Positions 1 to 14,115 of a stretch of 64,000 nucleotides of DNA are shown here, piece after piece. Under the pieces are notes generated by a model. It saw nothing but the letters and a program-made list of their open reading frames with translations. It had not been told where the DNA came from and did not search any database. The stretch comes from Verrucomicrobiota bacterium. Lineage in GTDB: Bacteria > Verrucomicrobiota > Verrucomicrobiia > Opitutales > Coraliomargaritaceae. The position numbers were made by a program, and so were the translations under genes. The first letter of the stretch is position 1. Every line of letters starts with the position of its first letter. Location of the stretch: positions 39,588 through 103,587 of the forward strand of contig JBCBZJ010000010.1 of the NCBI GenBank assembly GCA_039815375.1, in the 5' to 3' direction.

Positions 1-1
1 G

Positions 2-850
2 AAAGGCGGCATTGTCTACGCCAACTTCGTGGCGACTGTCTCCCCCACCCATGCAGGCGAGGCGAAAGACAGAGGTCAGGGCTTCGGCCTTGAAGGTGCC
101 CTACAGGCTCACTCTGGAAAATACGGAGGCATTCTCAACGGCATTGACTACGAAGCATGGAACCCCGGCGACGACAGACACATCCCCACTGCATACAGCG
201 CCAAGGAAATCGAGAAGAAGTATGAGAATAAGCGCGCACTTCGTGATCGCATGCTACTTGCCGACAATGAGAAACCGATCATCGCTCACATCGGACGGCT
301 CGATCCGCAAAAGGGCCTCGAGCTTGTTCGCCATGCAATCTTCTACTGCGTCAACCACGGGGCGCAATTCGTCCTCCTGGGCAGTAGCCCGGAACCCTCG
401 ATCAATGCTTACTTCTGGCATCTCAAAAACGAAGTTAACGAAAACCCGGACTGCCACCTCGAAATCGGCTTCAACGAAGAACTCGCACATCTGATCTATG
501 CCGGTGCCGACATGATGCTTGTGCCGAGCCGCTTCGAGCCATGCGGCTTAACCCAGCTCATCTCCATGCGTTACGGCACCGTCCCTGTTGTGCGCTCCGT
601 CGGCGGACTTGCCGACACTGTATTCGACAAGGATTTCAGCCAACATGACTTGAGCCGGCGCAACGGCTACGTCTTCCATAATGATGATCACGCTGGAGTT
701 GAAAGTGCCCTTGCACGGGCTATTTCATGCTACTACCAGTACCCGGAAGACTTCCGCCACCTTATGACCAATGCCATGAATTCCGACTACTCATGGAATG
801 TTCCCGGACAGCACTATTTAAACATCTACAACCACATTAGAAATAAGTAG
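2..850 (+). CDS. glgA: Glycogen synthase, C-terminal part (5' end outside window)
   Basis: Open frame from base 2 (KGGIVYANFVATVSPTHA); GT5 motifs GILNGID, GRLDPQKG, PSRFEPCGLTQL, GGLADTV. Confidence 0.93.
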   Translation, partial: KGGIVYANFVATVSPTHAGEAKDRGQGFGLEGALQAHSGKYGGILNGIDYEAWNPGDDRHIPTAYSAKEIEKKYENKRALRDRMLLADNEKPIIAHIGRLDPQKGLELVRHAIFYCVNHGAQFVLLGSSPEPSINAYFWHLKNEVNENPDCHLEIGFNEELAHLIYAGADMMLVPSRFEPCGLTQLISMRYGTVPVVRSVGGLADTVFDKDFSQHDLSRRNGYVFHNDDHAGVESALARAISCYYQYPEDFRHLMTNAMNSDYSWNVPGQHYLNIYNHIRNK

Positions 851-911
851 CACCTACCGGAATCGAAAGTAGGAGTGAATTTTCTCTCCATTACACCCTC
901 ACTCAAAGCAG

Positions 912-3350
912 ATGAGCCAACCAAAAAACCATATCCAAGCCGCCTATTGGATACGACCGGGGCAAGCCTGCGTCCTACTCGCGCGTAACTGGAAGAAAAA
1001 CGATACGCCACCGATACACCTTAAGGCCAAAGACCTGAAAATGAAAAACCTCCGTCATATGGAACCGGAGGAAATAGGCCGCTTTACCGGTTATTATGAA
1101 GAAGATGATCAGGTCATTTTTTGTCTGAACCCAAAACGCTACCCGCACGTCGATTTCGATCATGACCCGGTCCGCGCAGCCGGCCCTTTCAACGATTGGG
1201 GCCGATCTGAAGATGCAGCCATATTCAATCTCTCAAAAGCCGAAACGACTACCGGAAAACCACTCTACAAGGTGGCAATACCGCGTGAGCGTGTCGTCTC
1301 TGCTGGTAAGAAAATGACCTTCAAATTCGTCACACAGAGCTGGCACTGGCTTACCCCTCTGCGCTGTGCCGCCAATCTGATCGAAGACAAAACCGGCAAC
1401 CTAAACTACGGTCTGAATATTTCGCGGAGCGGGCAGCACGCCTTTGTTTTTGAAGTCGACGGACGCGGTATGGATAAAGTCGCAGAAGTCACATGGAAGG
1501 ATGAGAACGCTTGTCTCATTGTGCCTGGACTCTTCTTCTATGATTTGAAGAGCGATGGGCCATGTGGGCCAAAAATCGAAAAAAATGACACTATTGTCCG
1601 TCTATTTGCGCCACGCGCAACACGCGTGGATATCGAGATCGATGACAATCCTAACTTCAAAAATCCACAGCGCCTCAAGCTCGACCTCAGCAAAGACCAG
1701 GTAACTTGGAAAATCGCACTCGAGGGCAACTTTCACGGTTGGTATTATCGCCTCTTCATCGATGGCCCGGACGATGGATGCACGACCATTTTTGATTTTA
1801 AGCGTCCTCTTCTCGACCCCTGGGCACGTGCCACGGTTGGTCCAGAGGGTCCCGGTATCATCATCGATCCGGCCAGAGCGAAACCTGTAGCGAAGCGCCA
1901 CACCCCACCCGCATGTCAAGATCTCAGTATTCTCGAATGCCATGTCCGCGACCTGGTGCGCTTTGCGCCTGTCGAACTAAGTGAAAAGGAACGCCTCGGC
2001 TTTGCCGGAGTGACGAAGTTTCTCAAACAAGACAACTGCTATCTAAGCCAGTTAGGTGTCAACGCACTCGAGTTTCAGCCGATCCAGCAGTTCGATAGCA
2101 CTACTGCTGAGGAATATCATTGGGGCTACATGACCAATAACTACTTCGCGCCCTGCGCATGGTATGGTACCAATCCAAAAAAAGGTTCTCAGAACGAAGA
2201 GTTAGTGGACATGGTCGACGCCTGCCACGAGCACAACCTGTCTGTCATCGTCGACGTAGTTTATAATCATGTCGGTGAACCGCCAAACCTACTCTTTATC
2301 GACAAAGCCTATTACTTTCACCTTAGCAAGGACGGTCATCTAATGAACTGGTCCGGATGCGGCAACGTCGTCCGCGCCGAGTCGGCCATGTCACTTCAGC
2401 TCATCACCGAAAGCCTCATTCACCTCGTGCAGGCCTACGATATTGATGGCTTCCGCTTCGATCTTGCTGAGCTCATCACGATCGAAGTTCTAAAGGAAAT
2501 CGGCGATGCACTCCGAGCCGTCAAACCATCCATCGTTCTCATCGCCGAGCCGTGGAGCTTCCGTGGTGGAATTCAATGGGACACCAGAATGGCTGGATAT
2601 GCGTATTGGAACGATGGCTACCGCGAATTCGCGCGGGAATACGTCAAAGGTCACAGCAACCCGGGTGCCCTCAAATATTTTGCCAAAGGTTGCATTGACC
2701 ATATGTCGGCCTGGCCTTCACAAAGCATCAACTATGTCGAGTCACACGATGACCGGACCTGGCTCGACGACATCACCGAAAACAAAAATCACAACGGCGA
2801 ATATCCCACGCGCAATGACATCCTGCGCAGCCACATGATGGCTGCTCTACTCTATACTTCCGTCGGCGTTCCGATGCTTTCCTGCGGGCAGGACTACATG
2901 CGCTCCAAACAAGGCATCCACAACACCTACCAGCGGGGAGATATCAACGCACTGAATTATAACCGCATCAACGACTTCCGACAAACACACGAATACTTCA
3001 AGAACTGGATTGCCTTCCGTGCTTCGGAATGGGGACAGATCCTCCGTCTCGAGAGTAATCCGGGCAAGGAATACCTGCGTGTCTTCACTGCGGAAAACAG
3101 CAAACTCTCCGCTGCCGCCCTACTCTTCAATGCCGACCGTTCGCTGGGCAAACAGCAGGTCCTACTCGCACTCAACCCCAACTTTCATGACGCTAAGATA
3201 CACCTCTACGATGTTGACGGCGCAGACTGGCTGCCTATCGCAGACATTTGGAACTTTGACTCGAAGGGCATCTCGGACGAGCGCATGAATCGTCACGAGC
3301 GTAACATCTACCTTGGCCACATGACACTTGGGCTCTGGGTGAGAGATTGA
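912..3350 (+). CDS. GH13 pullulanase/glycogen debranching enzyme with N-terminal extension
   Basis: YHWGY, DVVYNH, DGFRFDL, AEPW and YVESHD motifs; adjacent to glgA. Confidence 0.88.
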   Translation: MSQPKNHIQAAYWIRPGQACVLLARNWKKNDTPPIHLKAKDLKMKNLRHMEPEEIGRFTGYYEEDDQVIFCLNPKRYPHVDFDHDPVRAAGPFNDWGRSEDAAIFNLSKAETTTGKPLYKVAIPRERVVSAGKKMTFKFVTQSWHWLTPLRCAANLIEDKTGNLNYGLNISRSGQHAFVFEVDGRGMDKVAEVTWKDENACLIVPGLFFYDLKSDGPCGPKIEKNDTIVRLFAPRATRVDIEIDDNPNFKNPQRLKLDLSKDQVTWKIALEGNFHGWYYRLFIDGPDDGCTTIFDFKRPLLDPWARATVGPEGPGIIIDPARAKPVAKRHTPPACQDLSILECHVRDLVRFAPVELSEKERLGFAGVTKFLKQDNCYLSQLGVNALEFQPIQQFDSTTAEEYHWGYMTNNYFAPCAWYGTNPKKGSQNEELVDMVDACHEHNLSVIVDVVYNHVGEPPNLLFIDKAYYFHLSKDGHLMNWSGCGNVVRAESAMSLQLITESLIHLVQAYDIDGFRFDLAELITIEVLKEIGDALRAVKPSIVLIAEPWSFRGGIQWDTRMAGYAYWNDGYREFAREYVKGHSNPGALKYFAKGCIDHMSAWPSQSINYVESHDDRTWLDDITENKNHNGEYPTRNDILRSHMMAALLYTSVGVPMLSCGQDYMRSKQGIHNTYQRGDINALNYNRINDFRQTHEYFKNWIAFRASEWGQILRLESNPGKEYLRVFTAENSKLSAAALLFNADRSLGKQQVLLALNPNFHDAKIHLYDVDGADWLPIADIWNFDSKGISDERMNRHERNIYLGHMTLGLWVRD

Positions 3351-3362
3351 GACAAGTCTCAA

Positions 3363-4022
3363 CTATCGCACCATGATTTTAGCCGCGGCCCCAAGGCCAA
3401 GGCTCAAGATCGATTGTCCCTGATCGATTAAGACCTCAACTGACTCTGAGCTTGAGCTCCGCGCAGTCACTTTAAGTTTGGCGCCTGGATTGAGCCCAGT
3501 GCCCGCCACGTATTGGAGGAACTCCGTATCCTGATCCCGGATTCGTTCAACTTCAACAAGCTGTCCGATCGAGCAGTCAGCGAGTGAGCTCATGCTTCCT
3601 TCCCGTAATTCGCCTTCCGCTGATGGAATGGGATCGCCATGTGGATCCTCAGTCGGGTGGCCAAGAAACTTGTCTATCCGCTCCAATAAGAGATCGGAGA
3701 CGACATGTTCCAGCTGCTCAGCCTCCTCATGCACCTCAGACCAATCAAAGCCCAGAACTTCAACTAGAAATTGCTCGATCAGGCGATGTCGGCGCAAAAC
3801 ATGAAGGGCAAGCTTGCAGCCCGGCTGCGTAAGTTCAACACCGATACGAGGAGCGTATTCAACAAGCCCCGCATCCGACAGTGCTTTGACCATGGTCGTT
3901 GCTGTGCCCGGCACCACACCGAGGGCCTCGGCCACCTGACCCATCGGCACCTCTGACTCGCTGGACTTCTCGGCCAATAGGTAAATCTGCTTGATGTAGT
4001 CTTCGACAGTAGAGCTTGGCAT
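3363..4022 (-). CDS. DtxR/MntR-family metal-dependent repressor with C-terminal FeoA-like domain
   Basis: TVEDYIK, RRHRLIEQFL, HEEAEQLEH, PTEDPHGDPIP; ATG at 4022 preferred over GTG at 4040. Confidence 0.92.
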   Translation of the reverse strand: MPSSTVEDYIKQIYLLAEKSSESEVPMGQVAEALGVVPGTATTMVKALSDAGLVEYAPRIGVELTQPGCKLALHVLRRHRLIEQFLVEVLGFDWSEVHEEAEQLEHVVSDLLLERIDKFLGHPTEDPHGDPIPSAEGELREGSMSSLADCSIGQLVEVERIRDQDTEFLQYVAGTGLNPGAKLKVTARSSSSESVEVLIDQGQSILSLGLGAAAKIMVR

Positions 4023-4127
4023 TTTCGTGATCATTTCCACGACTAGCGGTTAGGCCAAGCAGAAATGGAACGCTTTGAAGTTTGCTACGGTCAGACAAAA
4101 CAGTAATTTCTGTTCTCTTATTCTTTT

Positions 4128-4973
4128 ATGCCCGTCTTTTCGAAGATACATTTCGTTATCGCATCGATTCTCCTTGGATTAATCGCTGCCCAAACTTCAG
4201 CCCAAACAAATATTGCGGCACAACGGTTGGCCAGCATCGCTCTGGAGGAGGAGAGAATTTACAAGAAACTGGCGGAGGACCCGGAGTTCTATAGCGGGGA
4301 TGATCTGGAGCGCCATATCTCCAACTTAATCGGCGCATACAATGCCCATCTGCTCGACCACCCGGATGATGTGAATGCTCTGATTCTCTACGGTAAATTG
4401 CTCCGTCGCGTCGAGAAGTATAACGAAGCTTTCAGTGCATTTCTCAAGGCGGATGAAATCGACCCGGAAATTGCGGTTGTCAAACAGCAGATCGGCACGC
4501 ATCTGGCCGAGTCAGGAAAGGGTAAAGCAGCCCTGCCCTTTTACCTTAGAGCCGTCGAGCTGGAACCGGAAACTGCGACCTATCACTTCGCTCTCGGAAC
4601 TCTACTTTACGAATTTCGTGACGACTTCATCGAGGACGGGATTTTCACACGAGATGCTCTGGAACGCGAAATGTTGAAGGCATTCAAGCTGGCAGCCAAA
4701 CTACAACCCGACACTTTCGAGCTACAGATGCGACTCGGTGAAGCCTACTATGATTTGATCAGTCCAGATTGGAAGTCGGCCCTAATACATTGGAACGAAC
4801 TTCGCAAACGCGTGGAAAACCCCCTCAAAGTCGAAATTTTAGACCTGCACCGCGCCCGTGTGATGGGCAAACTGGGTCGTTTTGAAGAAGCAATCGCACT
4901 GACCGATACAGTGCTTGCGCCCAGCCTCCAGCAATCCAAAGAACAGGTGCGGGCTGACATAGCTCAGCACTAA
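4128..4973 (+). CDS. Exported TPR-repeat protein
   Basis: N-terminal signal peptide; TPR-like helices (YLRAVELEPETATYHFALG). Confidence 0.75.
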   Translation: MPVFSKIHFVIASILLGLIAAQTSAQTNIAAQRLASIALEEERIYKKLAEDPEFYSGDDLERHISNLIGAYNAHLLDHPDDVNALILYGKLLRRVEKYNEAFSAFLKADEIDPEIAVVKQQIGTHLAESGKGKAALPFYLRAVELEPETATYHFALGTLLYEFRDDFIEDGIFTRDALEREMLKAFKLAAKLQPDTFELQMRLGEAYYDLISPDWKSALIHWNELRKRVENPLKVEILDLHRARVMGKLGRFEEAIALTDTVLAPSLQQSKEQVRADIAQH

Positions 4974-4982
4974 CAGGCAGGG

Positions 4983-5339
4983 CTACTTCTTTGTTGCCCG
5001 CTCAAATCCGTATTCGTCAAGCATATCGCTTACCGCGCCCGAGATGGTTGTCATACTTGAACCGGCTCCCACCGCCGCGCTTGCACAGGATGCAAAACCG
5101 ATCTGGTCTTCTAAATTCGCACAAAGGCTGCGAGAATCAAGCCAGTGCCCCATGATAATGAGAGCATCAATCCATTGGCGTAAACTAAAGTCACTGTTGT
5201 CAGCTTCCTCAAGCAGTATTCTCAGAAGCTCCGCATTTGCGTCTGCGAAATGTGCTTCCAACCAAGCAAGTCTGGCGGGTGAATCCGCGAACTGCTGACT
5301 AAACTTTTCGATACCGATTTCCTTCACGAGTGCGACCAT
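4983..5339 (-). CDS. Hypothetical protein
   Basis: 118-aa ATG ORF filling the gap between genes; no recognised motif. Confidence 0.55.
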   Translation of the reverse strand: MVALVKEIGIEKFSQQFADSPARLAWLEAHFADANAELLRILLEEADNSDFSLRQWIDALIIMGHWLDSRSLCANLEDQIGFASCASAAVGAGSSMTTISGAVSDMLDEYGFERATKK

Positions 5340-5465
5340 GTTTGAGTGAGACTATTCTGGAAGTGAATATTTCATTTTACTGAAGTTTTTTTTCCTGATT
5401 GTAACCTAGCATTGCCTTCAGACTTGCTACACCGGCAATCTGAGATTGCCTGTAACCCTCTACTA

Positions 5466-5927
5466 ATGCGCAACATCCGAACAGCTGCCCGCGCCCTCGT
5501 CATCTTCAAGGGCAAGCTTCTCACAATAAAGATGCAAGACAGCTCAGGCATTTTTTATATCCTCCCCGGAGGTGGCCAGCGCCATGGAGAGACCCTTCGG
5601 GAAGGCCTCATGAGGGAGTGTCTGGAGGAGATCGGAACGAATGTCGAAATCGGCGAACTATTATACGTCAGAGAATATATTGGTAAGAACCACGAATTTA
5701 AAAATGCGCACCATACTTTTCATCAAGTCGAGAACGTCTTCCGTTGCACCCTCCCAAACCCAGATGACATCGGCCCGGGCAGTGAAGAGGATAAAAAACA
5801 AATTGGTGTCGAGTGGATCCCCCTCGAAGAACTGAAAGATAAACGCTTTCTCCCGGAAGTCATTAAACCCTTCTTCCGAGCTGGCGATTTTGACGCGGGA
5901 ACCCACTATCTCGGAGATGTCAATTGA
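5466..5927 (+). CDS. NUDIX hydrolase
   Basis: Nudix box [26 protein letters not shown] at 5466. Confidence 0.88.
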   Translation: MRNIRTAARALVIFKGKLLTIKMQDSSGIFYILPGGGQRHGETLREGLMRECLEEIGTNVEIGELLYVREYIGKNHEFKNAHHTFHQVENVFRCTLPNPDDIGPGSEEDKKQIGVEWIPLEELKDKRFLPEVIKPFFRAGDFDAGTHYLGDVN

Positions 5928-6018
5928 ACACCAGTTGCCCATTAAGAAGCCCAAAAGTATGAATACACAGGGTACACAGGTAAGCTTCCCATCTTCACCC
6001 CTGTAACCTTCTCACCTC

Positions 6019-7272
<1,254 letters not shown>

Positions 7273-7359
7273 TTTCGATAGCTGGAACACAGACCACATT
7301 CAGTCGACAAGAACGGCCAGAACCTGGGATCCCCATTCACCCAAGGGAAACCACGACCA

Positions 7360-9108
7360 ATGCAAGAACCCAGCACTGAAACCACCAACGACGAAGAAAA
7401 ATTCACTGAAGAACTCACCTCGGCCCCTGTTGAAAAGAAAGCCGAGCGTATCGAGACCCGCGAACTGAAAGACGACGCAGCTAAGCGCGAAAAGCAGCAG
7501 CCACTCATCACTCGAATCGCAAAAGCGATCAAACGCGAGAAGAAGGCATACACCGAGCTCATCATCAACTCCGAACCGCTTGAAAAGCGTGTCGCCTTAC
7601 TCAAAGACGGTGTGCTCGAGAAGTTTGAAGTCGAGCGAACAGGCGAGGCACGCGAGGTCGGCGCCATTTTCAAGGGCCGCATCCAGAATCTGGAACCAGG
7701 ACTGAAAGCTGCCTTCGTCGACATTGGTGAAGAAAAAAATGCCTTCCTCCACTACTGGGACATTCTCCCGGCAGCGAACGACAACTCGATCGAAATCGTC
7801 CGCGACAACAAGTCCGAGAAGCAGCGCAAGCGTGAAGCCGAAGCAAAGAAAGTGACGGTCAAGGACATTCCAAAACTTTACCCGATCGGAAGCGAAATCG
7901 TAATTCAGATAACTAAGGGTCAGATCGGCACCAAGGGCCCCCGCACCACAACGAATATTGCTCTACCCGGCCGCTTCCTTGTTCTCATGCCCCACACCGG
8001 CACGCTTGGTATTTCCCGTAAAATCGAAGATAAAAAGGAACGCTCCCGCCTTAAGAGCATACTACGGGATCTCACCTTACCGGAAGGTATGGGTATCATC
8101 GTCCGCACGGCCGGAGAGGGTAAACAAGCCCGCTACTTCATCCGAGATCTTCACATTCTGCTCAAGCGCTGGGAGGTAATCAACCAGCGCATGGATTCAA
8201 GTAAAAAGCCATCCTGCCTCTACGTGGAACCGGATATCGTTGGCCGCACCGTTCGTGACTTCCTGACCGAAGACATCGACCGTGTCATGGTCGATAAGAA
8301 GGACGACTACGACACAGTGCTGGAAGAGGTGACAAACATATCGCCGCGCTCGAAATCGAAAATCCATCGCTTCACGGACGACATTCCGGTATTTGAGCGT
8401 TTCAATATTGAGCGTCAGATTGCACAGACCTTCATGCGCACCGTTCCACTGCCCGGCGGTGGCGAAATCGTGATTGAAGAGACTGAGGCACTCATCTCAA
8501 TCGACGTGAATACTGGCTCACACAAGAATAAGAGCAAGGATGGCAAGGACTTCATCCTACAGGTGAATCTGGAAGCTGCGACCGAAATTGCCCGCCAGGT
8601 CCGCCTGCGTAATATCGGCGGCCTCATCATTCTCGATTTCATCGACATGAAAGCGAAGAAGGATCGAAACGCCGTCTACAACCGAATGAAAAAAGAAATG
8701 GCGGGAGACAAGGCGAAGAACCATATCCTGCCGATTTCTACACTCGGCATTATGCAGATGACCCGCCAGCGCCATTCTGAGAGCCATTCCAGTGGCGTCT
8801 ACACCGACTGCCCATACTGCAACGGCCGAGGTAAGGTTAAGTCTTCGCGCACCATGAGTGTTGAGGTGCAGCGTCGACTGATCAGCGTAATCCGCCACAT
8901 TCGCGCGCGTGATGGACACGATAAGGAGATCAACCTGCGTGTGTTACTTCATCCTACGAACCTTGAGCGCCTCCGCACCGAGGACGAGCAACTCCTTCTA
9001 GAGCTCGAACAAAGCTACGGCGCTCGTCTCTCCTTCCGTGCAGATCCCATCTACCATGTTGAGAACTTCAAGATCATCGATATTGAATCGGGCCAGGAAC
9101 AGCGATAG
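7360..9108 (+). CDS. Rne/Rng-family ribonuclease
   Basis: S1 domain [37 protein letters not shown] Zn-link. Confidence 0.93.
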   Translation: MQEPSTETTNDEEKFTEELTSAPVEKKAERIETRELKDDAAKREKQQPLITRIAKAIKREKKAYTELIINSEPLEKRVALLKDGVLEKFEVERTGEAREVGAIFKGRIQNLEPGLKAAFVDIGEEKNAFLHYWDILPAANDNSIEIVRDNKSEKQRKREAEAKKVTVKDIPKLYPIGSEIVIQITKGQIGTKGPRTTTNIALPGRFLVLMPHTGTLGISRKIEDKKERSRLKSILRDLTLPEGMGIIVRTAGEGKQARYFIRDLHILLKRWEVINQRMDSSKKPSCLYVEPDIVGRTVRDFLTEDIDRVMVDKKDDYDTVLEEVTNISPRSKSKIHRFTDDIPVFERFNIERQIAQTFMRTVPLPGGGEIVIEETEALISIDVNTGSHKNKSKDGKDFILQVNLEAATEIARQVRLRNIGGLIILDFIDMKAKKDRNAVYNRMKKEMAGDKAKNHILPISTLGIMQMTRQRHSESHSSGVYTDCPYCNGRGKVKSSRTMSVEVQRRLISVIRHIRARDGHDKEINLRVLLHPTNLERLRTEDEQLLLELEQSYGARLSFRADPIYHVENFKIIDIESGQEQR

Positions 9109-9363
9109 CTGCCATGCAATTGTCGCTGAGTAAGAAGTTACAAATCATGATGAGTGAATGTGTGAGTGCAATTTCTGATAATGTCAGATTGTCCTTCCTG
9201 AACTTTAGTCGGGTAGGCTGCAGTCTAAGCCTCCAGACAAGCCGATATCTCGACGTAGCTTCCGTGGACACTCGCCCTACTCTATAACATTGATCGAAAT
9301 TGAACCCGGAGTTTGATGACAGTGTTCATTCACCACGCACCCATCACCCATTAGTTATTATCC

Positions 9364-10533
9364 ATGAACATCCTGATAGCCTTCGACAAGTTCAAGGACT
9401 CGATGACGGCTGTTCGCGCTTGCGATGCAGCCGCAAACGGTGTGCAAAAAGCGCTTGAAGGGAACGTCATCTTCACCAGAGCTCCATTGACAGACGGAGG
9501 CGAAGGCTTCTGTCGAATACTCACCGAGACGGCAGGCGGCCACTTGGAGTATCATTCCACAACAGGACCCCTGGGTAAGGAGATAGATGCTCCACTGGGC
9601 TGGATTGAAAGTAGTAAAGTACCTGTCCGTGCCAAGGAAATGCTCGGCCTCAAAGATGGGCATGTTGCGGTGATCGAAATGGCAGCTGTCGCCGGGCTCG
9701 AAATGGTTCCCGGCGCACAACGCCACCCGCGCCACTGCACAACACGCGGAGTAGGTGAACTCATCCGTGTAGCTGTAGCGAAAGAGGCTACGGGTATACT
9801 ATTGGGTATCGGCGGAAGTGCCACAAGTGACTTAGGCCTCGGTGCACTCGAAGCACTTGGTATCCGCTTTTCAAATACAGACTGTATTACACCTGAGAAG
9901 TGGCCTGAAATAGACCTCATTGGCGGCGAGCTTGAGTGTGAAGTGCCGCCGATCTTCATCGCCTGTGATGTCGATAATCCGCTCGTCGGCGAAAGAGGTG
10001 CTGCGGCAGTTTACGGTCCGCAAAAGGGCCTGGGCGCAGATGAGCTAGAGGCGTTTGACCAAGAGGCTGGCAGAATGGCCAAACTGCTTTGTGCACACTT
10101 CAACAAACCAGAAGCGCTGATGGATGTGCCGGGCAGCGGAGCTGCAGGCGGAATAGGATTTGGGCTAAAGGTATCCTGCGGAGCCAATTATGTGCCCGGT
10201 TTTGAGTTAGTCGCCGCATGGCTGGATGTGGCATCCAAAGTGACCGAGGCTGACATCATACTAACTGGCGAAGGTAAGTTTGACATCAGTTCTCTCGCGG
10301 GCAAAGGCCCTTACTCATTGCTCGCCGCGGCTCATGCAGCCGATAAGCCCGCCATCCTTCTTGCAGGTGCAATCGACCAAGAGGCTGTGAAAATAGCAAT
10401 GGAACGCTTCCCCGAGACTGGATTCTATGGAATCAGTCCAGAGGGCATGGAATTGGAAACTGCGCTTGCCCATGGCCCAACCAATCTGGAGCACTCTGTA
10501 ACACAGATTTTCTCTCATATGACCAAGGAATGA
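9364..10533 (+). CDS. Glycerate kinase (GarK/GlxK family)
   Basis: [35 protein letters not shown] motifs. Confidence 0.9.
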   Translation: MNILIAFDKFKDSMTAVRACDAAANGVQKALEGNVIFTRAPLTDGGEGFCRILTETAGGHLEYHSTTGPLGKEIDAPLGWIESSKVPVRAKEMLGLKDGHVAVIEMAAVAGLEMVPGAQRHPRHCTTRGVGELIRVAVAKEATGILLGIGGSATSDLGLGALEALGIRFSNTDCITPEKWPEIDLIGGELECEVPPIFIACDVDNPLVGERGAAAVYGPQKGLGADELEAFDQEAGRMAKLLCAHFNKPEALMDVPGSGAAGGIGFGLKVSCGANYVPGFELVAAWLDVASKVTEADIILTGEGKFDISSLAGKGPYSLLAAAHAADKPAILLAGAIDQEAVKIAMERFPETGFYGISPEGMELETALAHGPTNLEHSVTQIFSHMTKE

Positions 10534-11786
10534 GAAGGGTTCTTTCCAAACTACAAGTCGGCGCGTTTTGGCTAGCACTCTGCACCATCCTGGCGCCTTC
10601 GATTAACGCAGCTCGTATTCATCTTGGGATCGACGTTTTAGAACAAGGTGGCTTTCGCGCCATAGCAGGGAAACGAGTGGGGCTACTGACCCACCCTGCC
10701 GGAGTAAACCGAATAGGCGAAAGCAGTATCGACGTGCTGCGACGCGCGCCAAATGTTCACCTTGTCGCTTTATTTGGTCCAGAACATGGGATTTACGGTA
10801 ACGAGAAGGCAAACGTCCCTATTCAGAATAAGATCGATGCCCGCACAGGCCTTCCTGTTTTTTCACTTTACGGCGATTATCGAAAGCCAACTCCGGAAAT
10901 GCTCCGCAACCTCGATGCGCTTGTTGTTGATCTGCAGGATGTCGGTGTTCGCTCTTATACCTATGTCAGTTGCATGCGCTATGCCATGGAAGCTTGTTTT
11001 CAGCAAGGAGTTGAAGTGGTGATCTTGGATCGGCCGAATCCTCTAGGCGGATTGAAAGTCGATGGACCTTCGCTGGATCGCGAATGGCGTAGCTACGTCG
11101 GGGCCTTCCATGTGCCCTATGTACACGGGCTCACAATAGCTGAACTCGCCCGAATTGCTAAAAACACGTCAGGCTGGATGAACATCCCGGATGATGTGCG
11201 TCGACGCGGCAAACTGAGCATCATTCCGATGCGCGGTTGGCACCGCGATATGCTTTGGCCTGATACAGGGTTGAAATGGACCCCAACTTCGCCCTACGTG
11301 CCTGACCTTTCGGCTGTCCTTGGCTACGCGATGACAGGCCTGGGCGCACAGGAAGGTGGCTTTTCTCATGGCATCGGCACCCCTTATCCTTTTAGATTAC
11401 TTCGCCATGAGGGCAAGTCTGCTGCCCAAGTAAAAAGAGCTTTGGAGGCACGCAGCATACCTGGCCTCAGCTTCCGCATCGTTCAAACGCAAAGTGCCGC
11501 CGGTGCACCCGTCGAGGGTGTCTATGTTAGCGTCCATGACTGGTCTGCGGTGCGTCCTACGGAAATCAGCTTTCATATGATGCAGATTACCGAAGCATGG
11601 ACACCCGGCAATACCTTTGCCGAGGCCAGTAACCCGGGACTTTTCAACAAACATGTCGGAAGCACAGCCTGGTGGAATGAGATAAGTCAGCGAGGGAGCC
11701 GAGCACGCGTGAGTTATTTCGTCGAAGGCTGGGCGAAAAACGCCTTTCGTTTTCGAGAAAGCGCAAAGCGCTTTTGGATCTATTGA
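10530..11786 (+). CDS. NamZ/YbbC (DUF1343) exo-beta-N-acetylmuramidase family protein
   Basis: [40 protein letters not shown]; signal peptide. Confidence 0.88.
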   Translation: MRRVLSKLQVGAFWLALCTILAPSINAARIHLGIDVLEQGGFRAIAGKRVGLLTHPAGVNRIGESSIDVLRRAPNVHLVALFGPEHGIYGNEKANVPIQNKIDARTGLPVFSLYGDYRKPTPEMLRNLDALVVDLQDVGVRSYTYVSCMRYAMEACFQQGVEVVILDRPNPLGGLKVDGPSLDREWRSYVGAFHVPYVHGLTIAELARIAKNTSGWMNIPDDVRRRGKLSIIPMRGWHRDMLWPDTGLKWTPTSPYVPDLSAVLGYAMTGLGAQEGGFSHGIGTPYPFRLLRHEGKSAAQVKRALEARSIPGLSFRIVQTQSAAGAPVEGVYVSVHDWSAVRPTEISFHMMQITEAWTPGNTFAEASNPGLFNKHVGSTAWWNEISQRGSRARVSYFVEGWAKNAFRFRESAKRFWIY

Positions 11787-14107
11787 GAGCTGGCTAACAA
11801 AGCATTTTTGAACCGGAACAAGGCAGCCTTCATGTCGGCGCTGGATATAGGCTTCGTTATAAAGTCCTCCATACCTGCCTCCATGCATGCTTCTCGGCTT
11901 TCGCCCAGAGCGTTTGCAGTCAATGCAGCAATGTAAGGCTGGTCGCGGCCATCATAGGCAGCACGTATCTCTCGACTTGCAGCCACCCCATCAAGATCAG
12001 GCATTTGAAGGTCCATTAAAATCAGATCGTAGTCTTTCCCGAGTGCCATATCGACGGCTTGCCTCCCATCCTTAGCCCAATCGGGTATCAAGCCGTGACG
12101 TCCAAGCAATTTACTTGTTAGTTTAAAATTTGTCGGATCATCTTCTGCAACAAGCACGGCAAGTCCTTTTTCAACGTCAAGAGGTAGGTTCACACTACTA
12201 TCTTTATCGGAGGACTCAGGCTTTAGGATTAGGTCATCCAAATCACAGAAGCTGAACGTGAATGTGCTTCCTTTTCCCAAAGTGCTGTCCAACTCGATTG
12301 TGCCACCTAACATTTCCACAATACGGCTACAGATAGCCAATCCCAAACCCGTGCCGCCATACTGCCTTGTGGTGGATGAGTCGGCCTGAGTAAAAGCGAG
12401 AAAAACGTCTCGTTGCTTGTCCTTTGCAATTCCTATACCACTATCTTCAACCGAAATATAGTAGAGCAGATGACCTCCTACGTCTTTTGTGGCCCATGCT
12501 TTAACGTATATCATTCCTTCGTGAGTAAACTTAACGGCGTTGCTGATTAGATTGTTCAAGACCTGCTGCAAGCGCGTGCCATCGGTGTGCACGAACTTCG
12601 GAAGCGAGGAATACAATTCGATTGAGAGACTGATTCCACGCCGTTCTGCATTGAGCTCGAAGAGACCGGTCACCTCCTGTATCATCTCAGCAAGATTCAC
12701 ACGGTTAACTTCGAGATGCATCTTACCTGCTTCGATTTTTGAGAGGTCAAGAATGCCATTTATAAGTTCAAGAAGGATATTGCCGGAGCGTCGGATTGCC
12801 GCCAAGTCACTTCGCTGCTCTGCGTTGAGCTCTGTTTCTTCCAACATCTCACTAAAGCCGATAATGGAATTCAGAGGCGTCCTGATTTCATGGCTCATAG
12901 TTGCAAGGAAGGCGCTCTTCGCCAAATTCGCTTCTTGCGCGGCATCTGCCAATTTTCGCGAGCGCACGGTCGCGAGTTGAAGCTCTTTCGTCCTTTGTCG
13001 AACTCTTTCTTCAACCTCCGCGTAGCTGCGTCGCAACTTGTCTGTCATCTCGTTAAAAGCACGAGCCAGATCATCGAGCTCACTCTTTCCAGTCGCCGGC
13101 ACCTGCAGATTGAAATTGCCCTCCGCCACAACCTTGAAGTTATCACGAAGGCGATTAATAGGACGACTGATACTTAATGAAAACCAGATAGACAGTATAA
13201 CCGAGCCAGAGAGAAGCACGATGGCTGCAATCCAATAAATTACGCCGATGCGTTCACTAAGCGCCTTACTTTGCTGCTGCCCTCGCTCAATCAGGCGGTT
13301 TACCATCCCGCGTAGTCGAGCACCATGGTTCTCGAGCTCCCCGGCAAGTTCTGCCTCTTCGCGAGCTGCAATGGTAAATTCAACCGATAAAGCTGTTAAT
13401 CCTAGGGTGATCTCATCGAGGAGCCGAGTATATTCAAGAAGACCGTCGACTTCGAGCTCAACGGCACGCCTCTTCAGAGTATCGATTTCCTCAATGTAAG
13501 CTTCTTTCGCTATATCAAAATTTGCGTGAAAGCGATTTACATCATTCTCGAGCAACAAATCCCGGTCGATGATACTGACCGCACGATTAAGCCAACCCCA
13601 CAAATGGCCGTTGGCAAAAATAACCAGGTCGAGCTGGTCACGTAGTGCACCTTCCGATGACTCACGTTTCAGGTAAAGCTGGTCATGAAAATTCTGATTA
13701 TCGACGCCAAATCGAACGATGTCTGTGCGGACATCACGATCCAAACCGGAAAGAAACTGCTTGCTCTGGACCATACGGCCAAAGAGCTCGGAGTAATCAT
13801 CAACTCGCTCGAGCATTCCATACAGGAATATCGATTCAATCTGGTCCGATTCTTCGACAATCTCCTCAAGTTTAGTTCGCGTTGCACGCAATGAATCGTC
13901 TACATACTCTGCACCTGTAAGTCGGTCCTGGAAGACCCGGCTACCAATAAGGACATTGGATATTTCCCGGGCGACGGAATAGAGCGAATTAAGCCGCCTT
14001 TCCTGAAGCTGAACCTGATTCATCGTATACCGGCTCAAACCTAAGAAAAACGCGAACAGTATAATCGCACCACATAGAGCTATAATAATTTTCGTCGATA
14101 CTCTCAT
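11780..14107 (-). CDS. Hybrid sensor histidine kinase (periplasmic helical domain, HAMP, HisKA, HATPase, REC)
   Basis: Two TM segments, [28 protein letters not shown]. Confidence 0.92.
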   Translation of the reverse strand: MRVSTKIIIALCGAIILFAFFLGLSRYTMNQVQLQERRLNSLYSVAREISNVLIGSRVFQDRLTGAEYVDDSLRATRTKLEEIVEESDQIESIFLYGMLERVDDYSELFGRMVQSKQFLSGLDRDVRTDIVRFGVDNQNFHDQLYLKRESSEGALRDQLDLVIFANGHLWGWLNRAVSIIDRDLLLENDVNRFHANFDIAKEAYIEEIDTLKRRAVELEVDGLLEYTRLLDEITLGLTALSVEFTIAAREEAELAGELENHGARLRGMVNRLIERGQQQSKALSERIGVIYWIAAIVLLSGSVILSIWFSLSISRPINRLRDNFKVVAEGNFNLQVPATGKSELDDLARAFNEMTDKLRRSYAEVEERVRQRTKELQLATVRSRKLADAAQEANLAKSAFLATMSHEIRTPLNSIIGFSEMLEETELNAEQRSDLAAIRRSGNILLELINGILDLSKIEAGKMHLEVNRVNLAEMIQEVTGLFELNAERRGISLSIELYSSLPKFVHTDGTRLQQVLNNLISNAVKFTHEGMIYVKAWATKDVGGHLLYYISVEDSGIGIAKDKQRDVFLAFTQADSSTTRQYGGTGLGLAICSRIVEMLGGTIELDSTLGKGSTFTFSFCDLDDLILKPESSDKDSSVNLPLDVEKGLAVLVAEDDPTNFKLTSKLLGRHGLIPDWAKDGRQAVDMALGKDYDLILMDLQMPDLDGVAASREIRAAYDGRDQPYIAALTANALGESREACMEAGMEDFITKPISSADMKAALFRFKNALLASSQ

Positions 14108-14115
14108 CAATACAG

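Noticed and set aside
4045..4105. Possible DtxR/MntR box upstream of the regulator (TTAGGCCAAGCAGAAA)
   Set aside because: The symmetry is too weak to distinguish from chance.
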